From: an uncultured virus (IMG/VR IMGVR_UViG_3300042866_001241)
Lineage: Duplodnaviria; Heunggongvirae; Uroviricota; Caudoviricetes
Reading direction: 5' to 3' (one strand)
IMG/VR virus record: IMGVR_UViG_3300042866_001241
Length of the DNA: 20,000 bases
Under the pieces are notes generated by a model that worked only from the letters and a program-made list of their open reading frames with translations, was not told the origin of the DNA and made no database searches. Shown here piece after piece: positions 7,997 to 14,891 of this stretch. A program made the position numbers and the translations under genes. The first letter of the stretch is position 1. Every line of letters starts with the position of its first letter.

Positions 7997-8172
7997 GATG
8001 TTGCTGTTTCAAGTTTTGGAAGCTCCTGCCAAGATCGTGCTACTCCGGGCGATGAAAGACACCCTTCTACGAGCCATTGATTGCTGACATACTGCGCTAT
8101 GCGTGGCTCTGTTTCTTCTCCGAACCACACAAGAACCCTTTGTCCATTGAGCGGTAATTGATGCTGCGTCAT
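7993..8172 (-). CDS. DUF551-like small phage protein (59 aa, MTQHQLPLNGQRVLVW...WQELPK)
   Basis: LP..GQRVLV...W..LP pattern. The true start is inferred at 8172 (ATGA overlap with the stop at 8169), not 8397. Confidence 0.65.
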   Translation of the reverse strand: MTQHQLPLNGQRVLVWFGEETEPRIAQYVSNQWLVEGCLSSPGVARSWQELPKLETATS

Positions 8173-8624
8173 GGTGTTGCTGTTTCGATGATGTACACAG
8201 TGATGGTGCCGACAATGACTACCGACACCAGTATCGTTCCGACCTTTCCGACCGTAGCCCATGGCTTCAGCTTCGCCACCTTCAGATTCGCGTTCATCAG
8301 TTCTTCGCCACATCCCCTGTACGCATCCCGGTAGGTCTTTGCCTCGTCCTCTACCGTCTCTTTCTGCTGAAGCAGGATGCTCACCTTCTCGTCGCACTTC
8401 TGATTGGTAGTCATCAGCAAGGCGATTTGAGCCGACTTCCTCAGCCCGATCTCATCCGCCACCTTCCGGTTCCCGGCCATGAGGTAGAACTCAGCCTCCG
8501 GGCCGATGACGTAGTAGATGCGTGAGGTATCCGGAAGCAGGCGCTTCCAGTTACTCTTGGGGGGCTGACAGTAGGTAGTTAGCTGTGCTGTCAACACCAG
8601 CAACAGAGAAAGACTTCGCAGCAT
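8169..8624 (-). CDS. Exported coiled-coil protein with N-terminal signal peptide and C-terminal TM (151 aa); spanin-like
   Basis: Signal-like MLRSLSLLLVLTAQLTTYC-Q, central heptad region, C-terminal TM VGTILVSVVIVGTITVYII. Its start lies 74 nt inside the upstream membrane gene. Confidence 0.55.
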   Translation of the reverse strand: MLRSLSLLLVLTAQLTTYCQPPKSNWKRLLPDTSRIYYVIGPEAEFYLMAGNRKVADEIGLRKSAQIALLMTTNQKCDEKVSILLQQKETVEDEAKTYRDAYRGCGEELMNANLKVAKLKPWATVGKVGTILVSVVIVGTITVYIIETATP

Positions 8625-8904
8625 GACGGGCGCGGGTTTTGGGTGGCAGTGGATGGGGCGTGAATGCCTTGGCGATGGAGTCCTTCAGCACCCGGTACTG
8701 TTCGTCGATGACATCGTACCGGGACTGAAGAGAGTCCTTGATATGCTCAAGGCTGTCGAGGCGGGCATAGTCGATGCTGTCGCACTCCTGGCACACCTTC
8801 GTCGTCCGGCCGATGAAGATGCCGAAGATGAGCAGCATGGCGGCTGCGATGATGAGGATGCTACGAAGCATCTTGCTGGCAGAAATGTCCTGTTGCTGGC
8901 TCAT
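8551..8904 (-). CDS. N-terminally anchored membrane coiled-coil protein (117 aa); i-spanin (Rz)-like
   Basis: TM ILIIAAAMLLIFGIFIG followed by a helical periplasmic region with five D-S-(I/L/T) motifs. Overlaps the downstream exported protein gene. Confidence 0.55.
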   Translation of the reverse strand: MSQQQDISASKMLRSILIIAAAMLLIFGIFIGRTTKVCQECDSIDYARLDSLEHIKDSLQSRYDVIDEQYRVLKDSIAKAFTPHPLPPKTRARHAAKSFSVAGVDSTANYLLSAPQE

Positions 8905-9308
8905 GGCCTGAGTTCTTCGTTCTCGTAGATGTTGCCGATGACCTTAAACATGCACCCGGTGCTCGGATACATCAAGTTGATGTCCATTGGGTAGCCGTTC
9001 AGCTTCGGGTGAGTAAGGCAAAATCCACCTTCGATGAACTCCACTAAGTACCTCTGCGGGGCGTAGTGCTTGGCCTCGATGATGTCACCTTCGTACACCT
9101 CTCTGCCATCCTTATCCTTCAGCCCTGTGTACTGCATGATGAAGTCTCCGTCATCCTCATCATGCGGCCTAACAAGCGGCAGGTCTTTGTCCACCCTGTA
9201 TCCGCAGTCGTACCCTGCTGCAATGTCCGAAAGCGTGAACGGATCCTTCATGACCCTATCTACGCTATCCCAAGCCCTGAACTTCAATTCCCTTTGTTGC
9301 TGTCCCAT
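8901..9308 (-). CDS. YopX family phage protein (135 aa)
   Basis: Hallmark motifs RELKFRAWD, MQYTGLKDKDGREVYEGDI and VIGNIYEN. Confidence 0.92.
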   Translation of the reverse strand: MGQQQRELKFRAWDSVDRVMKDPFTLSDIAAGYDCGYRVDKDLPLVRPHDEDDGDFIMQYTGLKDKDGREVYEGDIIEAKHYAPQRYLVEFIEGGFCLTHPKLNGYPMDINLMYPSTGCMFKVIGNIYENEELRP

Positions 9309-9311
9309 GTG

Positions 9312-9321
9312 TGCGAAGTTA
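9312..9321 (-). promoter_or_regulatory. Candidate Bacteroidota -7 element (TAACTTCGCA) directly before the YopX start
   Basis: Same TAnnTTCGCA pattern as 7474-7483. Only CACAC separates TAACTTCG from the ATG at 9308, and it overlaps the upstream stop codon. Confidence 0.35.
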
Positions 9322-9864
9322 CATTGTCTTCTTGTGCCACTTACCGTCCTGCTCCCACACTGCCACCACGGTGAACACGGGGAACTCTTCCGATGCTGTC
9401 ACTACCATCTTCACCCTGGCATCGTCCTCGATGTGTACGCGCCCCTTCGACTTCCAAAAAGCCTTGGTGTCGTGTAGCTCTACGAACCCCTCCTTGTCCA
9501 CCACGAGGAAGTCAGGTGTCCAGAAACAGTTGTTCCCGAGCCTGACCTTGATGGCCTCGAACCGGTAGAACAGTATCTCCCCTGCCGCCTTGAGTGTTTC
9601 GAGGTACGCCTTGTACTTGCGCTCGGTCTTGTTCATGTCCGCCTCCCTGTTGGCAATGGTCTTCAGAGCCATGGTCTTCGCCCTCTTGGTAGGGTTCTCG
9701 GATGTCATGGCAAGCGGACCCTTCTCCGTCCATCCGCACTTGCCACATGCCGACCGGAGCATACCCACGAGGTAGTTGCAGTTGGGGTTCCAGCAGAACC
9801 GGGAGGATGTGTTGAACACCTGGTCCCGGATGGTGTACCCGTTGTCAAGGGTGATGGTACTCAT
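9319..9864 (-). CDS. PD-(D/E)XK endonuclease (DUF1064-like) with N-terminal Zn-ribbon, 181 aa
   Basis: MNKTERKY..YLE, WTPDFLV and ELHDTKAF motifs; N-terminal CWNPNC...CGKCG. Start placed at the ATGA overlap (9864). Confidence 0.75.
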   Translation of the reverse strand: MSTITLDNGYTIRDQVFNTSSRFCWNPNCNYLVGMLRSACGKCGWTEKGPLAMTSENPTKRAKTMALKTIANREADMNKTERKYKAYLETLKAAGEILFYRFEAIKVRLGNNCFWTPDFLVVDKEGFVELHDTKAFWKSKGRVHIEDDARVKMVVTASEEFPVFTVVAVWEQDGKWHKKTM

Positions 9865-10187
9865 GCTCGCTCGATCTTGTTGCCACAACCGGGGCAGTGG
9901 TTAGCCCCATGCGTTTTCAGAATGATGCCACTTGGAATGACATCCTTCTTTTTGCACGTCTTGTTGTGCTCGTAACACCTTTTGCATACCTGTCTTCCGT
10001 ACTGGTCGGTGGTCCATTCCACCTCCTCCACCACCCGCAGCTTGCCTTCGGTAATGAGGCGTTCGTAGAAGTCACGGACCCAGCACGCGGTCTGTTTGGC
10101 GTAAATCTGCGCGTGGTAGGGATGTACTTCGCAGAACTCATCTACAAGCTTTTCAACACTCAATAGGGGCTTCCGTTCGTTGTTCAT
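9861..10187 (-). CDS. Zn-ribbon protein (108 aa; CKRC...HCPGCGNKI)
   Basis: CxxC...CPxCGxK pattern common in phage early genes. Start MNNERK at 10187 is ATGA-coupled. Confidence 0.7.
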   Translation of the reverse strand: MNNERKPLLSVEKLVDEFCEVHPYHAQIYAKQTACWVRDFYERLITEGKLRVVEEVEWTTDQYGRQVCKRCYEHNKTCKKKDVIPSGIILKTHGANHCPGCGNKIERA

Positions 10188-10342
10188 GACACGATAAGCA
10201 TTACAGTGAAAGCCAAGGCGCACAGAATGATAACGGAGGACAGTGCAATCAAAAGAAGGCCAAGTGGCCTCATGATTCGCTCCGTTCTGTCGAGCCATGC
10301 CAGTTGTTCGGCCACATATCGCTCTATTTCTTCGTTACTCAT
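10184..10342 (-). CDS. Small C-terminal TM protein (52 aa, MSNEEIERYVAEQLAWLDRTERIMRPLGLLLIALSSVIILCALAFTVMLIVS)
   Basis: Translated by hand. Fills the gap with overlaps at both ends and has a long hydrophobic C-half. Confidence 0.6.
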   Translation of the reverse strand: MSNEEIERYVAEQLAWLDRTERIMRPLGLLLIALSSVIILCALAFTVMLIVS

Positions 10343-10526
10343 GGCTATCAGGTGTTATGGGCCATCCGATGTATGCCAGAACGAGAATTGATAATCCGGC
10401 CCCGAATTGCCCTCCCTTTGGGCACCACTCCGTTTCCGTTATCGGAGCATCAATACACAGGATGATGCCAATGATGGCAATCGCTCCCATTATCATGCGG
10501 TAGGTCTGTCTCTCGTACTTGCTCAT
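10335..10526 (-). CDS. Small two-TM membrane protein (63 aa)
   Basis: ORF track. Hydrophobic segments MIMGAIAIIGIILCI and FGAGLSILVLAYIGW. Confidence 0.6.
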   Translation of the reverse strand: MSKYERQTYRMIMGAIAIIGIILCIDAPITETEWCPKGGQFGAGLSILVLAYIGWPITPDSHE

Positions 10527-10527
10527 G

Positions 10528-10734
10528 CTACTGTCCGGTGTTGATGTTGAAGGTGTGGTTCTTGCAGATCTTGACCTGCCTGGCGGTGTAGTGCTTCATG
10601 TCACCCGACTGCTCAAGGGCTACGAGGAACACGGCGTCTTCATGTGGGCCATAGTCGATGAGGAACAGAGCCTGCCCGTCTCCGTGTGGAGTGGTGACCC
10701 AAAGCATCTGCTGTATCTCGTGGATGGCGGTCAT
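10528..10734 (-). CDS. Hypothetical phage protein (68 aa, MTAIHEIQQMLWVTTPHGDGQALFLIDYG...)
   Basis: Globular-looking core V.TP.G.G.A.F.IDYG. Start at 10734 is coupled to the upstream stop. Confidence 0.7.
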   Translation of the reverse strand: MTAIHEIQQMLWVTTPHGDGQALFLIDYGPHEDAVFLVALEQSGDMKHYTARQVKICKNHTFNINTGQ

Positions 10735-10826
10735 CGGCTCTTGTTGCGTTTCGGTAACACCATCAGCACACCAATGATCACGATGACCGATAGGTATACC
10801 ACTGTTTCTGCTGCTGTTGCTGTCAT
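10731..10826 (-). CDS. Single-TM microprotein (31 aa, MTATAAETVVYLSVIVIIGVLMVLPKRNKSR)
   Basis: Translated by hand. TM plus basic tail (positive-inside pattern); ATGA overlap with the next gene. Confidence 0.55.
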   Translation of the reverse strand: MTATAAETVVYLSVIVIIGVLMVLPKRNKSR

Positions 10827-10838
10827 CTGGACTTGGCA

Positions 10839-10964
10839 TTAGTACGGGAATCCATCCCACTTGTCAGGATCGCAATCCCCGTCGTCATTGTCGGTGAGAA
10901 TCAGGTAAGCCACGTACGCGATGGCAATGAGTGTTGCGGTCAGGAATATGTCGCTTGCCTCCAT
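10839..10964 (-). CDS. Single-TM microprotein with acidic tail (41 aa, MEASDIFLTATLIAIAYVAYLILTDNDDGDCDPDKWDGFPY)
   Basis: Translated by hand. TGATG overlap with the stop of the HNH gene. Confidence 0.55.
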   Translation of the reverse strand: MEASDIFLTATLIAIAYVAYLILTDNDDGDCDPDKWDGFPY

Positions 10965-11452
10965 CACTTCTTCGTATTAGCCTCCCGCCTCAGAATGTAG
11001 TACCAGTTGCACACCTTATACCAGCCGAACACATACAGTAGGTTCTTCGGACCTTCTCGATGCCATATATCGTGACACGTCAAGCACTTGATGACGATGT
11101 TCCTCTTGTCCAGCCGGTAGTCGGGATACGTCCCCTTGGGGAGCAGGTGGGAGAAGTTGGACGGGCCGGCCTCGGATAGTTCGGTTCCGCACACCTCGCA
11201 CTTGTGCTCCCGTTCCTCCCATATCTCCTTGAACAGAGCCGCCTCTCCGGTCGGCTTGCGCGGTGCCAGGGTAGACGCCTTGAACACCTTGCCCTCTCCG
11301 AGCAGGCGCTCGATGGTGGCGGTGCCTTTGACATCGGGCCTCTGCCTCTTCTTGGACAGCGGCTTCTTGGGGCGTTTGCCAGCCTTGATCTCGGCCTGCC
11401 GCTTCTTGCTCACCGGCCGGAGGGTGGAGTTGTATGCCTTGCGGTCCTTCAT
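10964..11452 (-). CDS. HNH (NinG/Rap-like) nuclease, 162 aa, with basic N-terminal extension
   Basis: CEVCG...FSHLLPKG.YP..RLD.RNI...CLTCHD.WH motif. Start MKDRKAY at 11452 is ATGA-coupled. Confidence 0.82.
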   Translation of the reverse strand: MKDRKAYNSTLRPVSKKRQAEIKAGKRPKKPLSKKRQRPDVKGTATIERLLGEGKVFKASTLAPRKPTGEAALFKEIWEEREHKCEVCGTELSEAGPSNFSHLLPKGTYPDYRLDKRNIVIKCLTCHDIWHREGPKNLLYVFGWYKVCNWYYILRREANTKK

Positions 11453-11775
11453 GGCTTCCAGTGGCACATAAATCCTCCGGTGATGTATGAGCTGCTGTCG
11501 TACTTCACGTATTCTCCCTTCATTGGGTCGTAGTTTGCGAAGTAGTTGAGATGTGGACACTGAAGCACCACGTCGTTCTTCGCATACACCAATCCATCTC
11601 TCATGGGTGGCAATGGTATGGGTTGCGTCAGTACGTACTCTCCGGGAGGGATGCGGAACTCCTTGCCGCCTGCCCGCCAATGGCTCTTCATGGCACTGAT
11701 GAGCAGCTTCCCTTTCTCTGTCCGTATGCCGTGCAGTTCGTGGCGAATAGCCTCTGCCATCTTCGGGTAATTCAT
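11449..11775 (-). CDS. Hypothetical protein (108 aa, MNYPKMAEAI...)
   Basis: ORF track. ATGA overlaps on both sides. Confidence 0.7.
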   Translation of the reverse strand: MNYPKMAEAIRHELHGIRTEKGKLLISAMKSHWRAGGKEFRIPPGEYVLTQPIPLPPMRDGLVYAKNDVVLQCPHLNYFANYDPMKGEYVKYDSSSYITGGFMCHWKP

Positions 11776-11990
11776 GGCTTTTGCATGTTGCGGAGGTACT
11801 TCTTCGCCTCTTCAATAGCCTGCTTGCTGGCTGGCTTGCCGCTCATGGTGGTTGGTGTGCGCCCGTCGCTGTACATGGAGATAGGTCCGAACCTGGTTGG
11901 CACAATGGTGACCTTGAGTTCGTCGGACGGAGATGTGTCGAAAACTGCGTCCATGATTTGCTCAATGGTGGATGGCTTCTTGCGGCTCAT
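11772..11990 (-). CDS. Hypothetical protein (72 aa, MSRKKPSTIEQIMD...)
   Basis: C-terminal part of the 190-aa track ORF. Start at 11990 overlaps the upstream stop (ATGA). Confidence 0.65.
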   Translation of the reverse strand: MSRKKPSTIEQIMDAVFDTSPSDELKVTIVPTRFGPISMYSDGRTPTTMSGKPASKQAIEEAKKYLRNMQKP

Positions 11991-12202
11991 GATCTTGCTG
12001 GTAGTGTTGCCGTGAACTGACCCTTGAGGCCACATGTTACCTGTCCCTTGTATGAGCCGTGCCACATTGCCCACATGAAGGACTTGGACATACGCTCTTC
12101 GGCCTTCTCCTTTCCGGTCGGCGTCCAAAGCGGACTGCCCGCTTCCTTCCACAGTGCTGTACGCTCTTCCTTGAGAGCCTCTGCCATCTTCGGGTAGTTC
12201 AT
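11987..12202 (-). CDS. Hypothetical protein (71 aa, MNYPKMAEAL...)
   Basis: ORF track. Starts 3 nt after the upstream stop and is coupled to the downstream gene. Confidence 0.65.
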   Translation of the reverse strand: MNYPKMAEALKEERTALWKEAGSPLWTPTGKEKAEERMSKSFMWAMWHGSYKGQVTCGLKGQFTATLPARS

Positions 12203-12205
12203 GGC

Positions 12206-12463
12206 TCAGTCTCCTTCTTCGTTGTTGACGCCTACTCCGAACAGGAACACGGTACCGCGAAAGAACTCCATGTGGGTGATGCGGTTCTTCCTGGCGGCAT
12301 CGCCACGGGTACACCGGGCCATGGATAGCCGGTCGGTCCACCACTTGCTCCCGTAGATAGGAGCCGGATCAATGTGCTCCTCCTCCGGCTGTGCGATGGC
12401 TTTGCGGGCCTGCTCGTACCGGAGTACGTCCTCGATGAAGTTGGGGTGGATGTGCTGTGTCAT
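12206..12463 (-). CDS. Hypothetical protein (85 aa, MTQHIHPNFIED...)
   Basis: Start at 12463, 10 nt after the stop of the MazG-like gene, preceded by a C/A-rich leader. Confidence 0.65.
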   Translation of the reverse strand: MTQHIHPNFIEDVLRYEQARKAIAQPEEEHIDPAPIYGSKWWTDRLSMARCTRGDAARKNRITHMEFFRGTVFLFGVGVNNEEGD

Positions 12464-12473
12464 TGTGGTGCTG

Positions 12474-13067
12474 TTAGTATGCCTTGCCGTGCTTATTGCC
12501 GCGAGTGCGGTTGTACGCCAGCTTGAGTTCGATGTGCTTGGGCAGGTTGATGTCGTGCTCGGACGCAATAATCATTACCCTGATGATTGCCTCGTGAATC
12601 ATCATCATTGGCATGAACGTCCTTGTGCCATTCAGCACATCATTTGGCACGTTGGATAGTGCCTTTACTACGGCCATGAGAGACTCTCCCACATTGATCT
12701 TCTGATTTCCTTTGATGTGCATCTGCGCATCAAGGAAAATCTCTCGGTCCTTGAAGTATTCGACAATCTCACTGCTGGCCCCGCACAGGTCCGCAATCCG
12801 GATCACGATGTCCGCCAGCTCGTCCTCGAAGGTGTCCTTGATGTTGTCTTTGAAAATCACCACCCAATCGTCCTTGTGGAACTTTTCCACCTCCGCATCG
12901 AATTTCTTCAGGTCCGCATGTTTCTGCGATCTGTCCGCCTCCAGCGCCTCACCGCACTCGCTCACGATGAGCATAAGCAGTTCCCCGGTGTTGCGCTCTT
13001 CATCCCACCACCCCATCTCTTTCGCTTGTGAGTGGGATTTCTCGATCAGTTCGTTGAATGTGTTCAT
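12474..13067 (-). CDS. MazG-like nucleoside triphosphate pyrophosphohydrolase (197 aa)
   Basis: GWW, LMLIVSECGEALEA and EDELADIVIRIADL (E..E...E..D metal motif), and C-terminal KLAYNRTR..KHGK. Start MNTFNE at 13067. Confidence 0.88.
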   Translation of the reverse strand: MNTFNELIEKSHSQAKEMGWWDEERNTGELLMLIVSECGEALEADRSQKHADLKKFDAEVEKFHKDDWVVIFKDNIKDTFEDELADIVIRIADLCGASSEIVEYFKDREIFLDAQMHIKGNQKINVGESLMAVVKALSNVPNDVLNGTRTFMPMMMIHEAIIRVMIIASEHDINLPKHIELKLAYNRTRGNKHGKAY

Positions 13068-13273
13068 GGCAGGTCGGCTATGTGGTAGGACTTGGGGTTG
13101 AGGTGGACTTTGGCGACCCACTGTTGGTCGAGTGCGTTGCCTTGCCCGAAGTAGTAGACGATGATGTCGTCACGCTTGAAGTATCTGCTGTGGCAGGATG
13201 ATCCGACATACGCTTCGAGGTTCTCGATGTGCTGGTCGAACTCCTCCTGTGTGACCTTCTTCCAGTCAGCCAT
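13064..13273 (-). CDS. Hypothetical protein (69 aa, MADWKKVTQEEFDQHI...)
   Basis: Coupled on both sides. Start at 13273. Confidence 0.65.
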   Translation of the reverse strand: MADWKKVTQEEFDQHIENLEAYVGSSCHSRYFKRDDIIVYYFGQGNALDQQWVAKVHLNPKSYHIADLP

Positions 13274-13616
13274 TGGTGTTGCTGTTGAGTTCCCACACCC
13301 ATCCTCCTGCGGTCGCATTGCCTTTCCTCCTCTGCACCATGCCGACCTTCTTGATGATCCCCTTCTTGGAAAGGCTCATGTAGATGGGTCCGAATGCTCT
13401 GTCGTCGTGAGGCTTGATGCCGGCTGCTACGCAGGCATCGGTGATGTCCTCTCCAGGTGTTGCTCCGTGGGTCGAAAGGTACTTCACGACGAACTCCCGT
13501 GCAAGCCGGCCGAATGTTTCTCCGGCGTTCGCTTGTACTGATGCCATGGAAGCATCCCGCTTCTGTATCGCTACCGGCATCGGGGGCTGGTGGAAAAGGT
13601 CGAATGGCTGGCTCAT
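13266..13616 (-). CDS. Winged-helix-like DNA-binding protein (116 aa)
   Basis: Helix-turn-helix-wing pattern GEDITDAC...PHDDRAFGPIYMSLSKKGIIKKVG...VW. Start MSQPFDLF at 13616. Confidence 0.6.
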   Translation of the reverse strand: MSQPFDLFHQPPMPVAIQKRDASMASVQANAGETFGRLAREFVVKYLSTHGATPGEDITDACVAAGIKPHDDRAFGPIYMSLSKKGIIKKVGMVQRRKGNATAGGWVWELNSNTNG

Positions 13617-13903
13617 GGCTTGCTGTATTTGGCTGTTATCCATCCCGAAATCCATCCTTCTCGATATACGGCGAGAGACGTTTCGCTGAAACCGTATGAT
13701 GGCTCTGAGTGCTCCTTATCGTATGCCGCCTCTCCTTCTTTCCTGCGCTCCATTCCGATGGAGTAGCATTGGTAGCAGCATAGCGCTCTCTTTGGCCCAA
13801 GGAAGGCGTGCTTGCAAGAGCGACAAGTGCTCAGGTAGTCCCTGTCTGGCTCCGGCCAGTTGAACGTATTATCCAGTGATGAAATGACAAGCGGATCGCT
13901 CAT
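13613..13903 (-). CDS. Zn-finger-like hypothetical protein (96 aa; CRSC...FLGPKRA..CYQC)
   Basis: ORF track. Two CxxC motifs; ATGA coupling. Confidence 0.7.
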   Translation of the reverse strand: MSDPLVISSLDNTFNWPEPDRDYLSTCRSCKHAFLGPKRALCCYQCYSIGMERRKEGEAAYDKEHSEPSYGFSETSLAVYREGWISGWITAKYSKP

Positions 13904-14175
13904 GGGTTCAGTTGCTTTGGTTCAACGACTTCGCACTCCACGTCGATTGTATCAGAGAACGGGTACTGCAAGGCAAGCTGCCGGATTTGTTCCTCTGCTC
14001 GTTCGTGTATCTCCATCCTTCTGATGTGGTACTTTTTGTTGTCGTTTTCGATGCCCCACTCTCCCACCTTGATTGGCGGGTACATGGCAAGGCGTCGAAG
14101 AGCTTGTGACTCACCAGAACGAATCGACAACACGCCTTCCATGTACATCATTCGGTTGAAGTCATCCATGCTCAT
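13900..14175 (-). CDS. Hypothetical protein (91 aa)
   Basis: ORF track. ATGA coupling on both sides. Confidence 0.7.
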   Translation of the reverse strand: MSMDDFNRMMYMEGVLSIRSGESQALRRLAMYPPIKVGEWGIENDNKKYHIRRMEIHERAEEQIRQLALQYPFSDTIDVECEVVEPKQLNP

Positions 14176-14891
14176 CGCTGTTGCTGTTTGGTGATTCCTC
14201 GTTCTTCGGCAACCCTCAGCACCAGCTTCACTGCTGCCTCGTTGCCGTTCTTCTTCTGCCTGACATACTCTGCCCTCAACTGGTCATCTGTCATCTTCTT
14301 CGCCGCCCTCTCCAGTCGCGCCACCATCATCCACTGCTCCGTGCTCATGCCGTTCTGCTGCTTGAACGCCTCCAGCGCCCTGTCACTGAGCATCGGTATC
14401 GCTGCGTTCTGCTTGTCCTTGAGCATCTGCTTCTCCCTCTCGATCGCCTTCTCCTCCAGGTACTGACCGAACCAAGGCATCAGCTTCATGCTCGTCAGCC
14501 TGCCATACGTCTTGCCTTCGTCGTACTTCCCCATCGCAGCCTTCTTGAGGAACACCCGAATATCCCCGAGGCTCTCGTGCTTGTACTCGTCGAGCATCAT
14601 CTCCGCCACCACCCCGCACTGGTCGGGGGATAGGCGCTGCGTCTCGTCGAAGTACAACTCCATGCACCTGGAGATCTCTGCCGTCAGGCGCACCAGCAGT
14701 TCCTCTTCGGACATCCCTCCGAGGATAGCCATGGCGATGGTCGGAGCAGAGAGGGCCTGCTTGACGGTGGAGCAGGTGGTGATGGCTGTCTCAACCTCCT
14801 GCTTTGCGGGCAGCAAGCCTCCTTGCGACAGCGTGAGCGACCTGTTCTGAGTATCCGGAAGGCTGGCTGGCGTGTTGCTGTTGTGCTCCAT
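14172..14891 (-). CDS. Replication-region helical protein (239 aa), DUF6633-like (possible helicase loader)
   Basis: Q...VAEMMLDEY..ESLGDI.VFLKKA.MGKY.....YGRL.....WF..Y pattern, recalled from Bacteroidota phage proteins that follow replication initiators. Function is inferred. Confidence 0.55.
   Translation of the reverse strand: MEHNSNTPASLPDTQNRSLTLSQGGLLPAKQEVETAITTCSTVKQALSAPTIAMAILGGMSEEELLVRLTAEISRCMELYFDETQRLSPDQCGVVAEMMLDEYKHESLGDIRVFLKKAAMGKYDEGKTYGRLTSMKLMPWFGQYLEEKAIEREKQMLKDKQNAAIPMLSDRALEAFKQQNGMSTEQWMMVARLERAAKKMTDDQLRAEYVRQKKNGNEAAVKLVLRVAEERGITKQQQR

Larger units (their letters stand above)
11749..12206. repeat. 31-bp direct repeat (30/31 identical) at 11749-11779 and 12176-12206
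   Basis: AGCCTCTGCCATCTTCGGGTA(A/G)TTCATGGCT. On the - strand it reads AGCC plus ATG and the codons for MNYPKMAEA of two genes. Confidence 0.95.

Noticed and set aside
10964..12344. Extended track versions of ORFs (283 aa at 10964..11815, 190 aa at 11772..12344; similarly 7993..8397, 12474..13121 and 15179..16546)
   Set aside because: The extensions overlap other coupled genes. Internal ATGs at stop/start overlaps give cleaner starts.
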